NCBI GenBank assembly: GCA_052426225.1
Contig: JBNJNM010000015.1
Coordinates: 1,054,001-1,118,000, forward strand
Source of the DNA: Zancudomyces culisetae HAW-14-8
Taxonomy: Eukaryota > Fungi > Kickxellomycota
Length of the DNA stretch: 64,000 bases
Direction: 5' to 3'
Shown: positions 48,651-61,500 of the stretch, piece after piece
Position numbering within the stretch: the stretch's first letter is position 1
How the letters are laid out: each line of letters opens with the position of its first letter
The notes under the pieces: generated by a model
What the model was told of the DNA's origin: nothing
Database searches by the model: none
The model's input: the letters and a program-made list of their open reading frames with translations, nothing else
Made by a program: the position numbers and the translations under genes

Positions 48651-51600
48651 TTACTCATCCAGAAAGCGACTCGCTCTGGTGTAGTTTTTGAGGCTGGGTA
48701 TAGTTGGTGTAGCTGGGGAACTACCATTGTTGCTACTACCACTGTTGCTGCCAGTGCCGTTGTTACTATTACTGCCAGTGTTACTGCTCTTTGTACTGTC
48801 TGTATCAATAGTTCTGGAAGTTCTACTAGTCCTCTTTGACTTTGTTTTAGATCTTGATTTTGGTCTGGAAGCAACCCCTGAAGTATTTTGGCTGGGGTCA
48901 GGACTAAGAATGACCGATCGGCTGTTATTAGAAAAATGCTGGGAGCCCATCATCGAGGCAGAGCCGGGAACGGATGAACGAAAAGATGTCGTGGAATTGG
49001 TTCCTGTGAGTCCTGTACTACCTGTAACACCTGTAGTACCAGTGGTACCTGTAATTCCTGTACCAATAGTTCCAGAAGAAGATGTGGTAAGAACATTTGT
49101 GACAGCGCTTGGAGGTAGCAATAGAGAAGTGGGAATAGCTGAATAGAAATAAAGCAGATTTTCAGGAGTAAAGTAACCCAAACTGTCAACGTGGTCAATG
49201 ATATCAAGCATTAGCATTGATAGGACATAGCTGTCAGAGTTTACGTTCACCGGCTGGCCAGAAGATGCTTTTTGTTGTTGTTTAGATAAAATAGCATCCT
49301 TAACTATGTTTGTAGTGAGGTTAACAATGGGAGCCGTGATTGGAGGCGTAGAAGTTGGAGTATTAGCATTGGTAGAGTGAACTGCCTCAAATGTAGATCT
49401 TATAAGAGTAACAAAATCTGGATTGGTAGAGAGAATAGTTTTGAGTTTAAAACGCTTTTCGGCTTCAAAATCACACCATCGTTTCATAACAATTGAAGAA
49501 GAATCAAATTCTCCAGCAGAAGTGCCGTGATCATTGGTTTTTTCCTTGGTCTCGCCTTGAACTTTACGTGTTTCGCCCCAACTGAAATCATCGAAATGCC
49601 AGTAGGCATAGGCTGGCAATACAAAGTTCCAAATAACCAGAGCAAGTAGATAGATCAACATCCACCCAACATATTCAATCTTACGTGAAGTCAATCCTAT
49701 CAGTATAGCCGGTAAACCCAAAATTATGGCCAACAACATCAATGGTAGCCAAGGCACAGGTCGAGTAAACGTTGAAATAATACAGAGATACAGCGTAAAC
49801 ATAATGGCAACTGGCAAGACTAAAGTACCAATCAGTTCCATAAAAACTATGAACTGCATTGAAAAGCAAAAAGTTCCACACAGATCGTTGACCATTACCA
49901 ACTCCATCAAATTATGAACTGTTGAATTGATCCACCGTCGTCGCTGTGACATCAACACACCAAAACTGTTGGGCACAATGGTTTTGCACACGGCTGCTGG
50001 TACAAAGACCATCTTTCGTTTGGGAAAAGTCTTAAGCATGAGTGTGGTTAGGTAACGATCCTCACCCAACAGCAACAGATTCTTCTTGTGTAGAGTATCA
50101 ACCACATTATCGGAATAATGCTCAACAATGTCGGGATTTGCCAAAATAGGTACCCAATAACCATGGTAACCTTTGGGAGATTTGATACGATACATACAGA
50201 AACAACCAGGAAGACATGTGACACCACCAAAGACTGACTCAAACGCCTTGGCCAAGTGATGAGCAATATAATACTCGAACACCTGGATCATAGTGGTGAA
50301 TGACTCGCCCTTGTTAGCAATTTGAGTCTCTCCGCACAGTCCCATAACCAAAGGATCTTCCACCAACACGCCGACTAATCGAGCAAGACTGTCAGGATAG
50401 ACTTTTGTGTCGGCATCAACCATTAATACGGCCTCAAAATTATCAGGAGTAACACCAGTGATGCTCCAAATGGCATTAAACATTTCATATTCCAATCGAG
50501 TCATACGTTCATCAAACGTAGTGCGCTGTAAAAAGCTCATCAAAATAACCTGACTGTCCCGCTTACCACGGTTTCCTGGTTTTTTATCATTAGCCTCTTC
50601 TGGAGTACCACACTTGACCACCAAAACCATTGGTATCCTCTCATGTCTAAGCGATTCAGGAGAGTTTTCATTAGGCAGGTAGTAGCCAGCATATAGCTTG
50701 GCCATATTATGACGCTTGGCACCCATTGCAATACTGACATAGGAAAATGGTTGAACATGATCAGGTGGAATCACAAAATCCTGCATCATTGATAAACAAA
50801 CGTCAGGTGTGCTTAGTTCCTCACCAGCACCTTTAATCAATCCATCACAAATTACAAACAAGCATTTGTGGCGGGATGAGTATTCGGTTGCAGCTAGCGA
50901 GTCTAAAGTAGTTCGAATACCGTGTGAACCCTCAGAATAACACGTAACCAACATAAACACCCAAAATGGATCAATATACTGGTCAAAATACTCCATTGGT
51001 TGCTGCAAAAGTTGCTGTTGCTGCTGTTGCATCTGGAGCTGTCTTTCGTACACCAAACTTTCCTGTTGCAGATCCAGGTTTTGGCTGGCATCTTTAGGCA
51101 GATTTGTGGTCGAAGATTTTTTGTGTCTACTACCATTAATCATGGGTGAGTGTAGTGGAGACGAGGTACCAGCAGAAGGTGTTGAGGGTCGCCCCGACTC
51201 GGAAGGATAATGGGGTTGTGGTAGAGGTGAAGACATGCCAGGTTGGTGTTGGTACTGGGCAGTGTATTCTAACTGTGGGCTGCCTACATTAGACAAATTG
51301 TATTCCGAACCAGTTCGTCGGCCACTATCAGAACCTGAAAAGAACGATGACTGTGGTTGTTGTGGACTAGATGAATGATAGCTTCCGGCGCCTTGGTCAC
51401 CAAGATAAGGACTAGAATACCCACTCGAACTACCTGGCCTACTACCAGGATGTTGTCCGAATGACCCTGTCTGTCGTTGATTGAGATACACCGATAGTGG
51501 CGATCCAAATTCTGGGTGAATGCGTGACATTCGATGCAAGTTGGACGAACGGACACCTCGGTCACGGCCGCCTGGTTCTTCGCCTGGAAGCAGTCGCGAG

Positions 51601-53230
51601 TATCGCGATGTTGTTGGTAAAAACCGACCCTTCTTACGCATTCCAACACCACCTCCAACACCTGCATCGTCCGTGACTGTGTACTTGGGCACGATTTTTT
51701 CGGTTCCGTAATGGGTATTGATGTTTGCCCATCTCTCAATCTCTTCGATTCGCTGCTTCCGTTGTCTTGCCGTCTCCAGTTTGGCTCGGCCTAATCGCCG
51801 TGACATAAACCAATTGAAATATACCGCCATAGCAAATTTCGAAAACACCGCTCCCAAAATAACCAATAGTGATGCGTACAAGATAACTGTCGATACCAAG
51901 CATCCTACAGGTGAAGTGTCGACATATCCTATGGTAAACATCTCTTTCAAACATTTCCCATATTTACTGTCCATTCTGGAAAGCGTATAAGAAATATCTT
52001 TTCCGGCATATTGTCCATCGCTAAGTTTTTCAAACAGTGGTGGCACAATCACGCCGTCCAAAACCCATTTAATCCGTTTCATGTCCAGCACATATCCGTT
52101 GTAGATTACATAATTGTTGCTTTTCGTTTGCACCTCATCCCACACATACGAAATTTCAGAATATTTTAATGAATTCAGTGCATTGCGTGCCGTGTTTGTA
52201 TTGTGGCAGCCTACACCTGAAGGATAGTCACTTTTAGGCGCGTCTGTAGAACCCGTCTCTACTGGGACGCACGGGAATACACTAACCACATTTCCTGCAT
52301 CATCGGCAAAGTCATCTGCATACCTAAGCACGCTTTTGCACACTGTGTTTGGGTTCTGAAACATCAATGACAAGTCTTTCATGCTTGCATATACGGGATC
52401 TCCCAAAATGTTAACTGCTTCATCTCCTGTCATCTGTGATGGTGGATGTACAAACCGCGACGCATCGTACGCTCTCCCGTTTACCACCACATATTTGTTA
52501 CCCATCTCGTTGTGTTTAATTCTGGGGTTTGACCCACATAACACCGCTTGCAATCCAAAGGTTAGAAAGCCAACCAATGAACAAATCATCAGAATTATCA
52601 TAATCAGCCCCATTTTTTCCCGCCATGCCACCCGGCTCTCTTGCAAATCAAACCCGCATTTTTTGAGCAGGAAATCAGGTGCCCAACACGAAACTACATT
52701 ATAATATATTTTCCATGCACTCAGTCTCTGTTTCTTCTCATACTTCTTCCTACCACCTGCCGGCCTTCTACTAATTATCTTTCCTTCTTGCGCCCGTTCA
52801 GTCATTCTGGGTGTCTTTTTTGTTATATCCATGGGATTACTCATTACCCGCTGTTGCACCCCCTCCTGTTTGTACATTCCCGTCTCTGGGTTTTTCTCGT
52901 GCCTGATACGCTGCAGCCGGACTGCCTCCCGAGCCCTGACTCTCTCATCGTATTCTTCTGGTACTATGTCTTGGTGTCTATATGCTATGTCCTGATCTTC
53001 TGTTATATTTAATAGTGGGCCTCCTGTATATTCTGGCATGTTGTTATATCCTATATGTTAAATACACATTTTCGTTTTTCATTTTTCATTTGCCCGTTTG
53101 TTTAATGTTTATTTTTCAAGTTATTTTGATTAAGATTTATCGTGTGTCTCTTACCTGAAAAGTTTTGATCCATATTAGCACCTCGCCCTGAATAGGGCCT
53201 TCTGGAGTACTCATTATTATTATTATTCAT
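48651..53230 (-). CDS. CHS3: Chitin synthase, class IV
   Basis: Motifs AWREK, TCYSE, GNRGKRDSQ, DADT, LGEDRYL, QRRRW and HFDDFSWG. An extra first exon 53155-53230 (MNNNNNEY...) joins in phase via intron 53051-53154. Confidence 0.95.
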
Positions 53231-56200
53231 AACTATATACTTTGACTATTTTGTTTATTTATCCCTTTATAATCTGTGTATGTGTGTGTATTAGTTTATC
53301 CTCCTCTATTTCTGTACTCCCTATTTAGGTTTAACGAGTTTTTTTTTTCTGTTTAGATATTTAATCAGATATAATATAGAAATAAACAAAGGCAGAAATA
53401 AAAACAAAAGAGTCTACGCTTTCTTCTTGTCACTATCCCCCCACCATATAATGCTGTTACTAATGATATGCCATCAATAGCAATATCACCGTCAACAATA
53501 TTTCATAAATATATTTTTGTTTCCACTTGCCTACTAGTTTGTTGATAATCCCACTTTTGTGTTTCAATGTTATATCCCCTATTTTTTTTCGCTTATCAAC
53601 TTTAAAAGTAGCACTGTTTCTCTGGTTCCTGAACCCTCTGAGTTTGGCTGTCTTTATTTGTCTTATTCCGTGGCTTTTTTTATCTTACAACACAGTTTTA
53701 TATTATTATTTCTATCCTTTCTATAAGTATTGACTTTTGGTATGTATTTGACTGCTCAAAACTATAACCATATCCTCAACTAGTATTTCATTTATTGGAT
53801 CATAAATCCAATATGGCAAAGTACGTAATAACAATAATGATCGTAGCCGCTGGTATTGTGATATTAGAATGATCGGAAATGATATATCAGTTAATAGTGT
53901 AAAAAAAAAGAACAAGAAACAAAAATATAAGTTTTAATTAAACTTTGAAGCTTATGCAGCTATAAAAAGATTTGTGACTTTTTTGGTTTTAAAAAAAAAA
54001 ATGAACTCCAAGCTCTTCCGATTAACTTTTGTGTATTATTAGTAATATATTTGGTAACTCAATCTTTTTTTCTCGTTCTACCACTGTAACAAGTGTTTAA
54101 TTTTAAATCTGCTAATAATCCTCTATATTTATTTATTTCCGTTTTTTTATTTATAGTTCCAATGACCATCCATCATCAACTACCACTCACACCCACACCC
54201 ACACCCACATCCACGTAAACATGCTCATTCAACTCTTGTCCCACTCTCGCTTTTATTGCTACTCCCACTATCACCCATCTCTACGCTTCTTTTCATCTTT
54301 TTCCCCTCCCCCTCTCCAAAATTTAGTCAAATCAGAAATCGTTTTTATTCCATAAGCAAATTAAGCATGTTTTTTATTTCTATAATTGCCATCGTTTTTT
54401 GTTTTCATATGATACCACTTAACTTTTGATTAATTTTTGAAATCCCATTTTGTTTTGGTGTTTTAAAATTACCAACCAGACATCATCGCGCTTTTGTGGA
54501 AGGACTCTTTTTTTTCTGTTTTTTTATTTATTTTGGTTTCCCCCCCTCCTTTAATCCTCTTTCCACCATATCGATTTGCAAGTTTTCAAAATCAACACAT
54601 TTTCTATTTTGATAAAAAAAAAAATTTCACCAAATCTCACTTTCCCTTTATTTCTTTTATTACATAAACATAAAAAAATTTTTTTTATCCAGCAAATTGC
54701 ATCTCGTATTTACTCCAAAAGAATAAAAAAAACTTGTGTTCATCCTCAATTTTTTTTTTCACCATGCGTGTTATTGCGTTTATAAATCCACTTGATGTCC
54801 TCTTTGTACATTTTTCAATTCAAATTGTATTATCCAATCACCATTTTATAAACCACAAGGCGCTAAATAAATAAACAAATAGCTATCTAGCACAAATATT
54901 GGATAATAAAATATGCGCCTGATTTTTATTTTTATACCTTGTGCGCTATTAGGGGAATTATATTAAACTAGTTGGTTACATTAGGAGATATTCAAGGCGA
55001 TTCAATAAACTTTAGTTCACTTTTTCAGCAAATAAAAGCAAACTTTTGGGTTTAAACTTTCTTTGCCTCCTTGTTGGTTTCCAGTAACACACCCAAAAAC
55101 AGAAAGTTGTCTTGTATAACAAAACTTCCTGAACCATCTTGTTATTCTCCCCCCCACTTTCTTTTATTACACAAAGTTTTATTAGTAACCTTGTTGCATA
55201 CAACACAATTTGTATTGGCCAGTACTTTGGTAACAAGGATTATAAATAAACAACCTGGTATTGTTACAGCTGACCCAAGCAATACTGTCTATGATGTATT
55301 CTCTTTCGCCATTTTTTTTATTCTCAATCTCATTCTTACTCCCATCCTCTATACACATCCTTCTATTTCCTTGTGTATTTTGATTTCAAGTCAAGATAAG
55401 GAGAAAAGGGGAGGAGGTGTAAAGATGGAAATTGACTAGGAATGGGTAAAGGATAAAATGGGAAGGTGCATCATTGAATGCGAGCACCTGTTTTCTTTTT
55501 TATCGAATTGTTTAGATACACTTTCTCAACAGAATGAAATCAGAAAGAGAGAAATAAAAGCACAAACACAATCTGCCGTTTTCATTAGTCTCAAACTTGA
55601 TGATCAAACAATACAAGTAAAATCATCTACTTTCCATTTATTTATCCCCAATTCTCCTTTTCTCCTTTTCTCCTTTTCTCCTTTTCCCTTTCAACAAAAA
55701 CGTGTATTTTATCCACTTTTGTCAGCCTTTTTTTATTGTTTTTTTTTTACCAATGTTCATTTGTACATTTCCTGTAAACATTAATTATCATGGGTAATTA
55801 GTCAATTTAACCAATAGTATTAAAAGTTGCACATTTTTGCCTTAATCTCTATTTTTCTTTTATACCCGCATACTTGCACCTTTTCGATGTTAATAATTAT
55901 AAAGTCCGATACAACTAATTGAGCTAATGGATTGTCAATAATACTCGTGCGATATTCTTTACTTTTTTTTTTACAGGTTTAGTCAAAATGGGGTTGAGTA
56001 TGTTGCTCAAGTTCTTTTCATTTTTTTTTCACTGAATGCTTTAACTTTATATCAGCAAAAGCAAACCATGATGAATTTCGTATCATTCGAAAAACTCTCT
56101 TTCAAACTTCCACAGAGGTGAACAATAATTTGTACATGTTTATTGTTGATATTACCAGGTATTTCTGAAAAGAGTATTTATGTAATTGTTGAAGCTATAC

Positions 56201-58500
56201 CGGTCTAAAGAGGATAGGACGTAATCTAACACTCTTCAAATTAATATGAACCAGCCATGTTTAACTGTGTTCTGAATACTTGTGATCACTATTCATTCAC
56301 CTATTTTTATGTAGTTTTGGTTCGTATACAGATATTAACGCCGGTAGTTGCAAGTTAAAAGCTAAATACAATACAATACAATAAATATTGATAAAGACTG
56401 TGAGAAAATTTGACTAAATAACAGACTATTAAAGCTAATTTGATTTTTAATCAAATTCGGAGAATCTGACACTAAAATATAGTGTAGTGTGGTGAAATAT
56501 AATGTGCACATAACATAAATATAAACATAACCACATTTATATGTATTGGTAATTGGATATGTAGTAGATCGATATCAATAACACTGTAACATGTTAGTTC
56601 ATATTGTATGTTGAAATCCAGTAAAACAAAATAACATGGAAATATATCGAGTAGTGACAATTAAAGAAATAGTATTGATTTAATTGTTACATTCCTTCCC
56701 TTCATCTACATACACATACACACATATAAACAAACCTAATCTTGTCAATGTATTCATTGTAAAACAAATCGATATCAATGTATGGCTTTTTAACAGTTTA
56801 ATATTTACAAAATATATTCATCAGTTCGTCTTTATTTTTTTTTTGTTGATATGTTAATACATTCATTACTATAGAAAATAAATAGTGATGATTATTTGGG
56901 TAACCAACCAACAAAAACTATTATTACTCACAATAGATATTGAGTCAAGGTAAGAAAAGTTGATTTACATATTATTCCATGGTACATTAAAACATGTTCT
57001 TTAAAATAAAAATTCATATATAAGCTTAGAATATACAAGCATTTATGATAAAAAGAGTAAAAACAAAGAGATAGTGGGGTATAAAAGAAGATAGGATGAG
57101 GGCATGTCTGATACTTTGGCTTTATCAATTAATTCATCAAGTATAATGAACAAATAAAAAACAGCACGTTACTAAAATATTTTATATATGTATTTATGGA
57201 AAAGGAATAGTAATAGTAATAGTAGAGAAGTGAGGTTGAAAAAATCTATAATCATTCAAGAACATAGTATATATATATGTGTGTGAAGTGTGTATGGCGT
57301 GTGTGGCAAGTATGGCGTGTAATTAAAAGTATTTATAGAAAAATATACGATATATTATGATTTACACTTGTAAATGGGACAAAAATCCAAATGATGTGGT
57401 TAAGGTATAATAAAAAAGTTGCATGAATTAATCAAGGAGTTTTGCTCTAAAAGGAATGATATTTAATAAACAGATATTTCAGTTCGCCTATCATTTTTGA
57501 GTCTAATAATTGAAGTTGGTTAATCATTCGTATATTGGAAAATTGATTATCAACCCGTAAAAGTAATATACTTGGAGAATAAAACGTAAAATGGCAGAGC
57601 AAGTGAGAAAGAAAGGGAGGGGAATGAATAAGATTGAGCTTTTTACTAACCAGTGTGAGAAAAATTATTAGAGAGGATATACAAAGAGCACAAGGGTAGT
57701 ATAAAGTCACGTTATCTGAAATTTAAGAGCTTGTAATTTGTGTATGTATTTAAGGTTTAGATAGGATTGGATTGGATTGGGTTAGATTTGGTTTATTTTT
57801 TTTAGCTTGTACTCTTTTCATTGTTTTTGTTAATCGTGTAATTCTCGAAATAAAAAAAAGCATAGACGACAAGAGTAAAAAGGAGGGGAATAATAAGGAA
57901 AACACAAGGAAATAAAATAGTGTATCCAGAGATATTTCGCGAAATAATGTTGGAAAGCCAAAAATTGTAAATGGGTGCGCTAAAACTAATCCCAGAATAA
58001 ACTGCAAGATAAATTAAATAAAATAAAAATAAATAAAAACAAAAAACAAAACAAAACAAAAATAATAATAAAAAAAAACAAAAAAAAGGTGGATTTTAAT
58101 GGTGAGAGGAAAAGGATAAAAAGATAATAAATTGTTGGTTTAGTTTGGGGGAGGAATTAAAGAGGATAAGTAGATTAAAGAAATACATTACTGCGAAAAT
58201 AAGAAATAAAAAAATAAAAAAATAAAAATAAGTATCCAATAAAATCAACAATTTACGAAAAGCAAAAAAAAAAAAATAAAGTCAACATGAACTAAAAGCG
58301 CAAGTTTGTAATAAGGTATTTTTTTTAAGTTTTTTTTATTTAACTTTCCAGAGTTTTACAAGACACAAGAAAAATAAAAGAGTAAATAAACAAGAATACA
58401 GATACAAATAAAAACAAAAGAAACAAAAGAAAGGGGATTTTTTTTTTCAAGGATTGAGGAATTTATGTATTAGATTGTAAACAGCATATAGTGTAACAGG

Positions 58501-61500
58501 ATGGAACAAGAACCAGAGGAGGGAGAATTGGTTGTGAGGGACAATGTACAACAAGAAGGGGGAAAAGAAAGTGGAGAGAAAACAAAAGTTGAGGTGAAAG
58601 AAGGAATGGAAACGGGTGAAGTAGAAGTAGAAGCAAAAGTAAAAACTGGAGTAGAAGTAGAGCTAGAGGTAGAACGAAAACTAGACCAGAATAAAGATAA
58701 AGATAAAGATAAAAGTAATGAAAATGATATGGAAATGGAAGAAGGAGAAGAACCGGAGCTAGAAGAGAATGTAAATGAAGTTGGCATGGAAAAGAAAGAA
58801 CATAAAGAAAAGAAAGAGCAAGAAGAAAAGAGGCAAGGAATGGAGATGAAGGAGGAGGAAGAAGAAGAAGAGGAAGGCGAAATGAAGGAAGAAAAAACAA
58901 TAGAGGAAGAGAAGAAAGAAGAAAGTAAAGAGCAAATGATAATACAGAATGGTGATGAGAAAGAACAAGAGCAACAAAAAGAGCAGAAAAGAGGTGCTGA
59001 GAAAGAGGAGGGAGAAGAAACTGTAAAAATACAAACACCACTACAAACACCAATACAAGAGATGGAAATTGAACAACACGACAAAGAGAAGAAAGAAGAG
59101 AAAGAAGAAGAGAAGGAAGAAAGAGCACAGCCAGTTGAAGACAAGGAACAGGAAAAAGAAAAGGAGGAACAGATAAAAGAACAAAGCGAAAAAGAAGGAG
59201 AAGAAGTAGAAGAAAAACAAAAAGAAAGGAAAGAGGAGACAGGGGTTAAAGAGGTAGTACAAGAGCAGATAGAGACGAAGGAAAAGGAAATAGAGGAGGT
59301 AGAAATGGAAAGTGTAGAGAGAGTGGAACAGAAAGTGGAAGAGAAGATGGAAGAGAAAGTGGAACAGAAAGTGGAAGAGAAGATGGAAGAGAAAGTGGAA
59401 GAAGGACAAGAGAAAGGAAAAGAACAGGAACAAGGGCAAGAAGTAATGCAGGTAGAGCAAAAAGAAGAGGAGGAAGAGGAGAAAATAGAAGAGAAGGAAA
59501 AAAAGGAAGAGGTTGAGGAGAAGGAGGAGTCGGAAAAGGAGGGAAAAACAGAAATTGTGGTAGAGGAGAAACAAGAAGAACGGGAAAAACAGAAAGAAGA
59601 AACGGAGGTAAATGTAGAAAAAGAGGAAAAGGAAAAGGAAAAGGAAAAGGAGAAAAATGAAACAAAGGAAGAGGAAGAAAAAAAGAGGGAAGAAGATAAA
59701 GGGGAATTAAGCAGAAAGAGAAAAACAGATGAAGAGCATGGAAAGGAAAAAGAAAAGGAAAAAGAGAAGGAGGTTGGAGAAAAGAAGGGGGAGGGGGAGA
59801 TTGAAAGGAGTGAAAAAAAGAGAAAAACAGGAGAAGAGGGGAAAGGAAAGGAAAAGGAAAAGGAAAAAGAGGAGAGTGGGCAGGTAGGGGTAGGAGAGAA
59901 GGGAGGGGGTAAGAAACAGACAGGAGGAGGTAGAGGACAAGGAGGAAACAGGAAACAAGGGGGAAAGGGGGGAAGGGGAGGAGCAGCAGGAGTAGGAGTA
60001 GGAGCAGGAGCAGGAGCAGGAGCAGGGAAAGGTGATAGTTTAGATGAGAGTCGAGGGGTTGGAGCAACAGGAAAGCCGTTGAATGTTCGAGATGCGTTGA
60101 CGTATTTGGACAAGGTGAAGTTACAATTCCTACAACAACCAGATATATATAATGAGTTTTTAGCGATAATGAAGGACTTTAAGAGCAATAATATAGATAC
60201 GCCGGGGGTAATAGACCGGGTATCGACGTTGTTTCGGGGGCACCCCAACTTGATTCAGGGGTTCAATACATTTTTACCACCAGGGTATTTGATAGAGTGT
60301 ACAGAGAATCCGTATGAGCCAGTACGAGTGACAACACCGATGGAGAAACGAGAGGAGGTAGAAGGGAAGGTGAAGGGAAGAGGAAGAGGGAAAGGAAGTA
60401 AAGCAGCAGCAGCAGGAGGAGGAGGAGGAGCAGCAGGACAGGGACGAATGAAAGAAGCATTAGGAGAAGGAGGGGTTGGAATGTATGGGGGAATGTATGG
60501 AGGAGTTTATGGAGCAGGAGTTGTTGGACAACCTCAACAACCTTTACAGCAACAACAACAACAGCAACAACAAATCCAACCGCATCCACATCCGCATGCA
60601 CAGGTACAAGTACAACCACAGATTCAACCGCAAATCCAACCACATCCACAACCACATCCACAACCACAACCACATCCGCATGCACATGCACATGCACAGG
60701 TACAATCACAAGTACAAGTACAAGTACAACCACAATTACAAGTTCAGCAGCCACAGATTCAACCACAAATACAGCCACAAATACAACCACAACTTCAACA
60801 AGTGATGGGAGGAGTAGGATATGGAAGTGAGTACGGACACGGTCATGGGCATGGACATGCACATGGTGGATATGAGATGGATTATGATGCGAGTAGAATG
60901 TATCGTAATGAGGAAGCGGAGGTAGGAGGACATGGGGTGGTAGTACATCCGATTAAGCAGCATCCGACAGAGTTTAACCAGGCAATACATTTTGTAAACA
61001 AGATTAAGACGCGGTTTTCATCAGAACCAGAAAAGTATAGAGAGTTTTTGGAGATATTACAAACATACCAGCGAGAGAACCGACCGATTCAAGAGGTGTA
61101 TGGAAAGATGCGGGTGTTATTTGATGGGACACCAGATTTGTTGGAGGAGTTTACACAATTTTTACCAGAAGAAGCACCACCAGTGGGAGGAGGAGGAGGA
61201 GGAGGAGGAGGAGGAGGAGGATTGGGGGTGGGGGTGGGGGTAGCACCAAGTGAGGAGGGAGGAGCAGCGATGATGATGATGGGAGGAAGACAAGTGATAG
61301 GAGGAATAAATGAAGAAGAAGAAGAGAAAAAAAAGAGAGAGGGAGGAGTAGGAGTAGGAGTGGGAGTGGGAATAGGAGAGGTGGGAGGTAAGCAACAAGG
61401 ACGTAAAAGAGGAATAGCAGCAAAGACAGAGACGACAGGAAAACGAATGCCGATAGTAGGTAGTTTTACAGCAGTAGCAGCACAGCAACAACAGCAACAA

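Noticed and set aside
56068-56168. ATGATGA...CTGA spacing like a C/D snoRNA
   Set aside because: No terminal stem and no rRNA-complementary guide that I can recognise.
44389-56363. Shared GTTAAAAGCT near two skew flip points as an origin motif
   Set aside because: A shared AT-rich 10-mer is expected by chance between windows of this size, and it was not seen at other flips.
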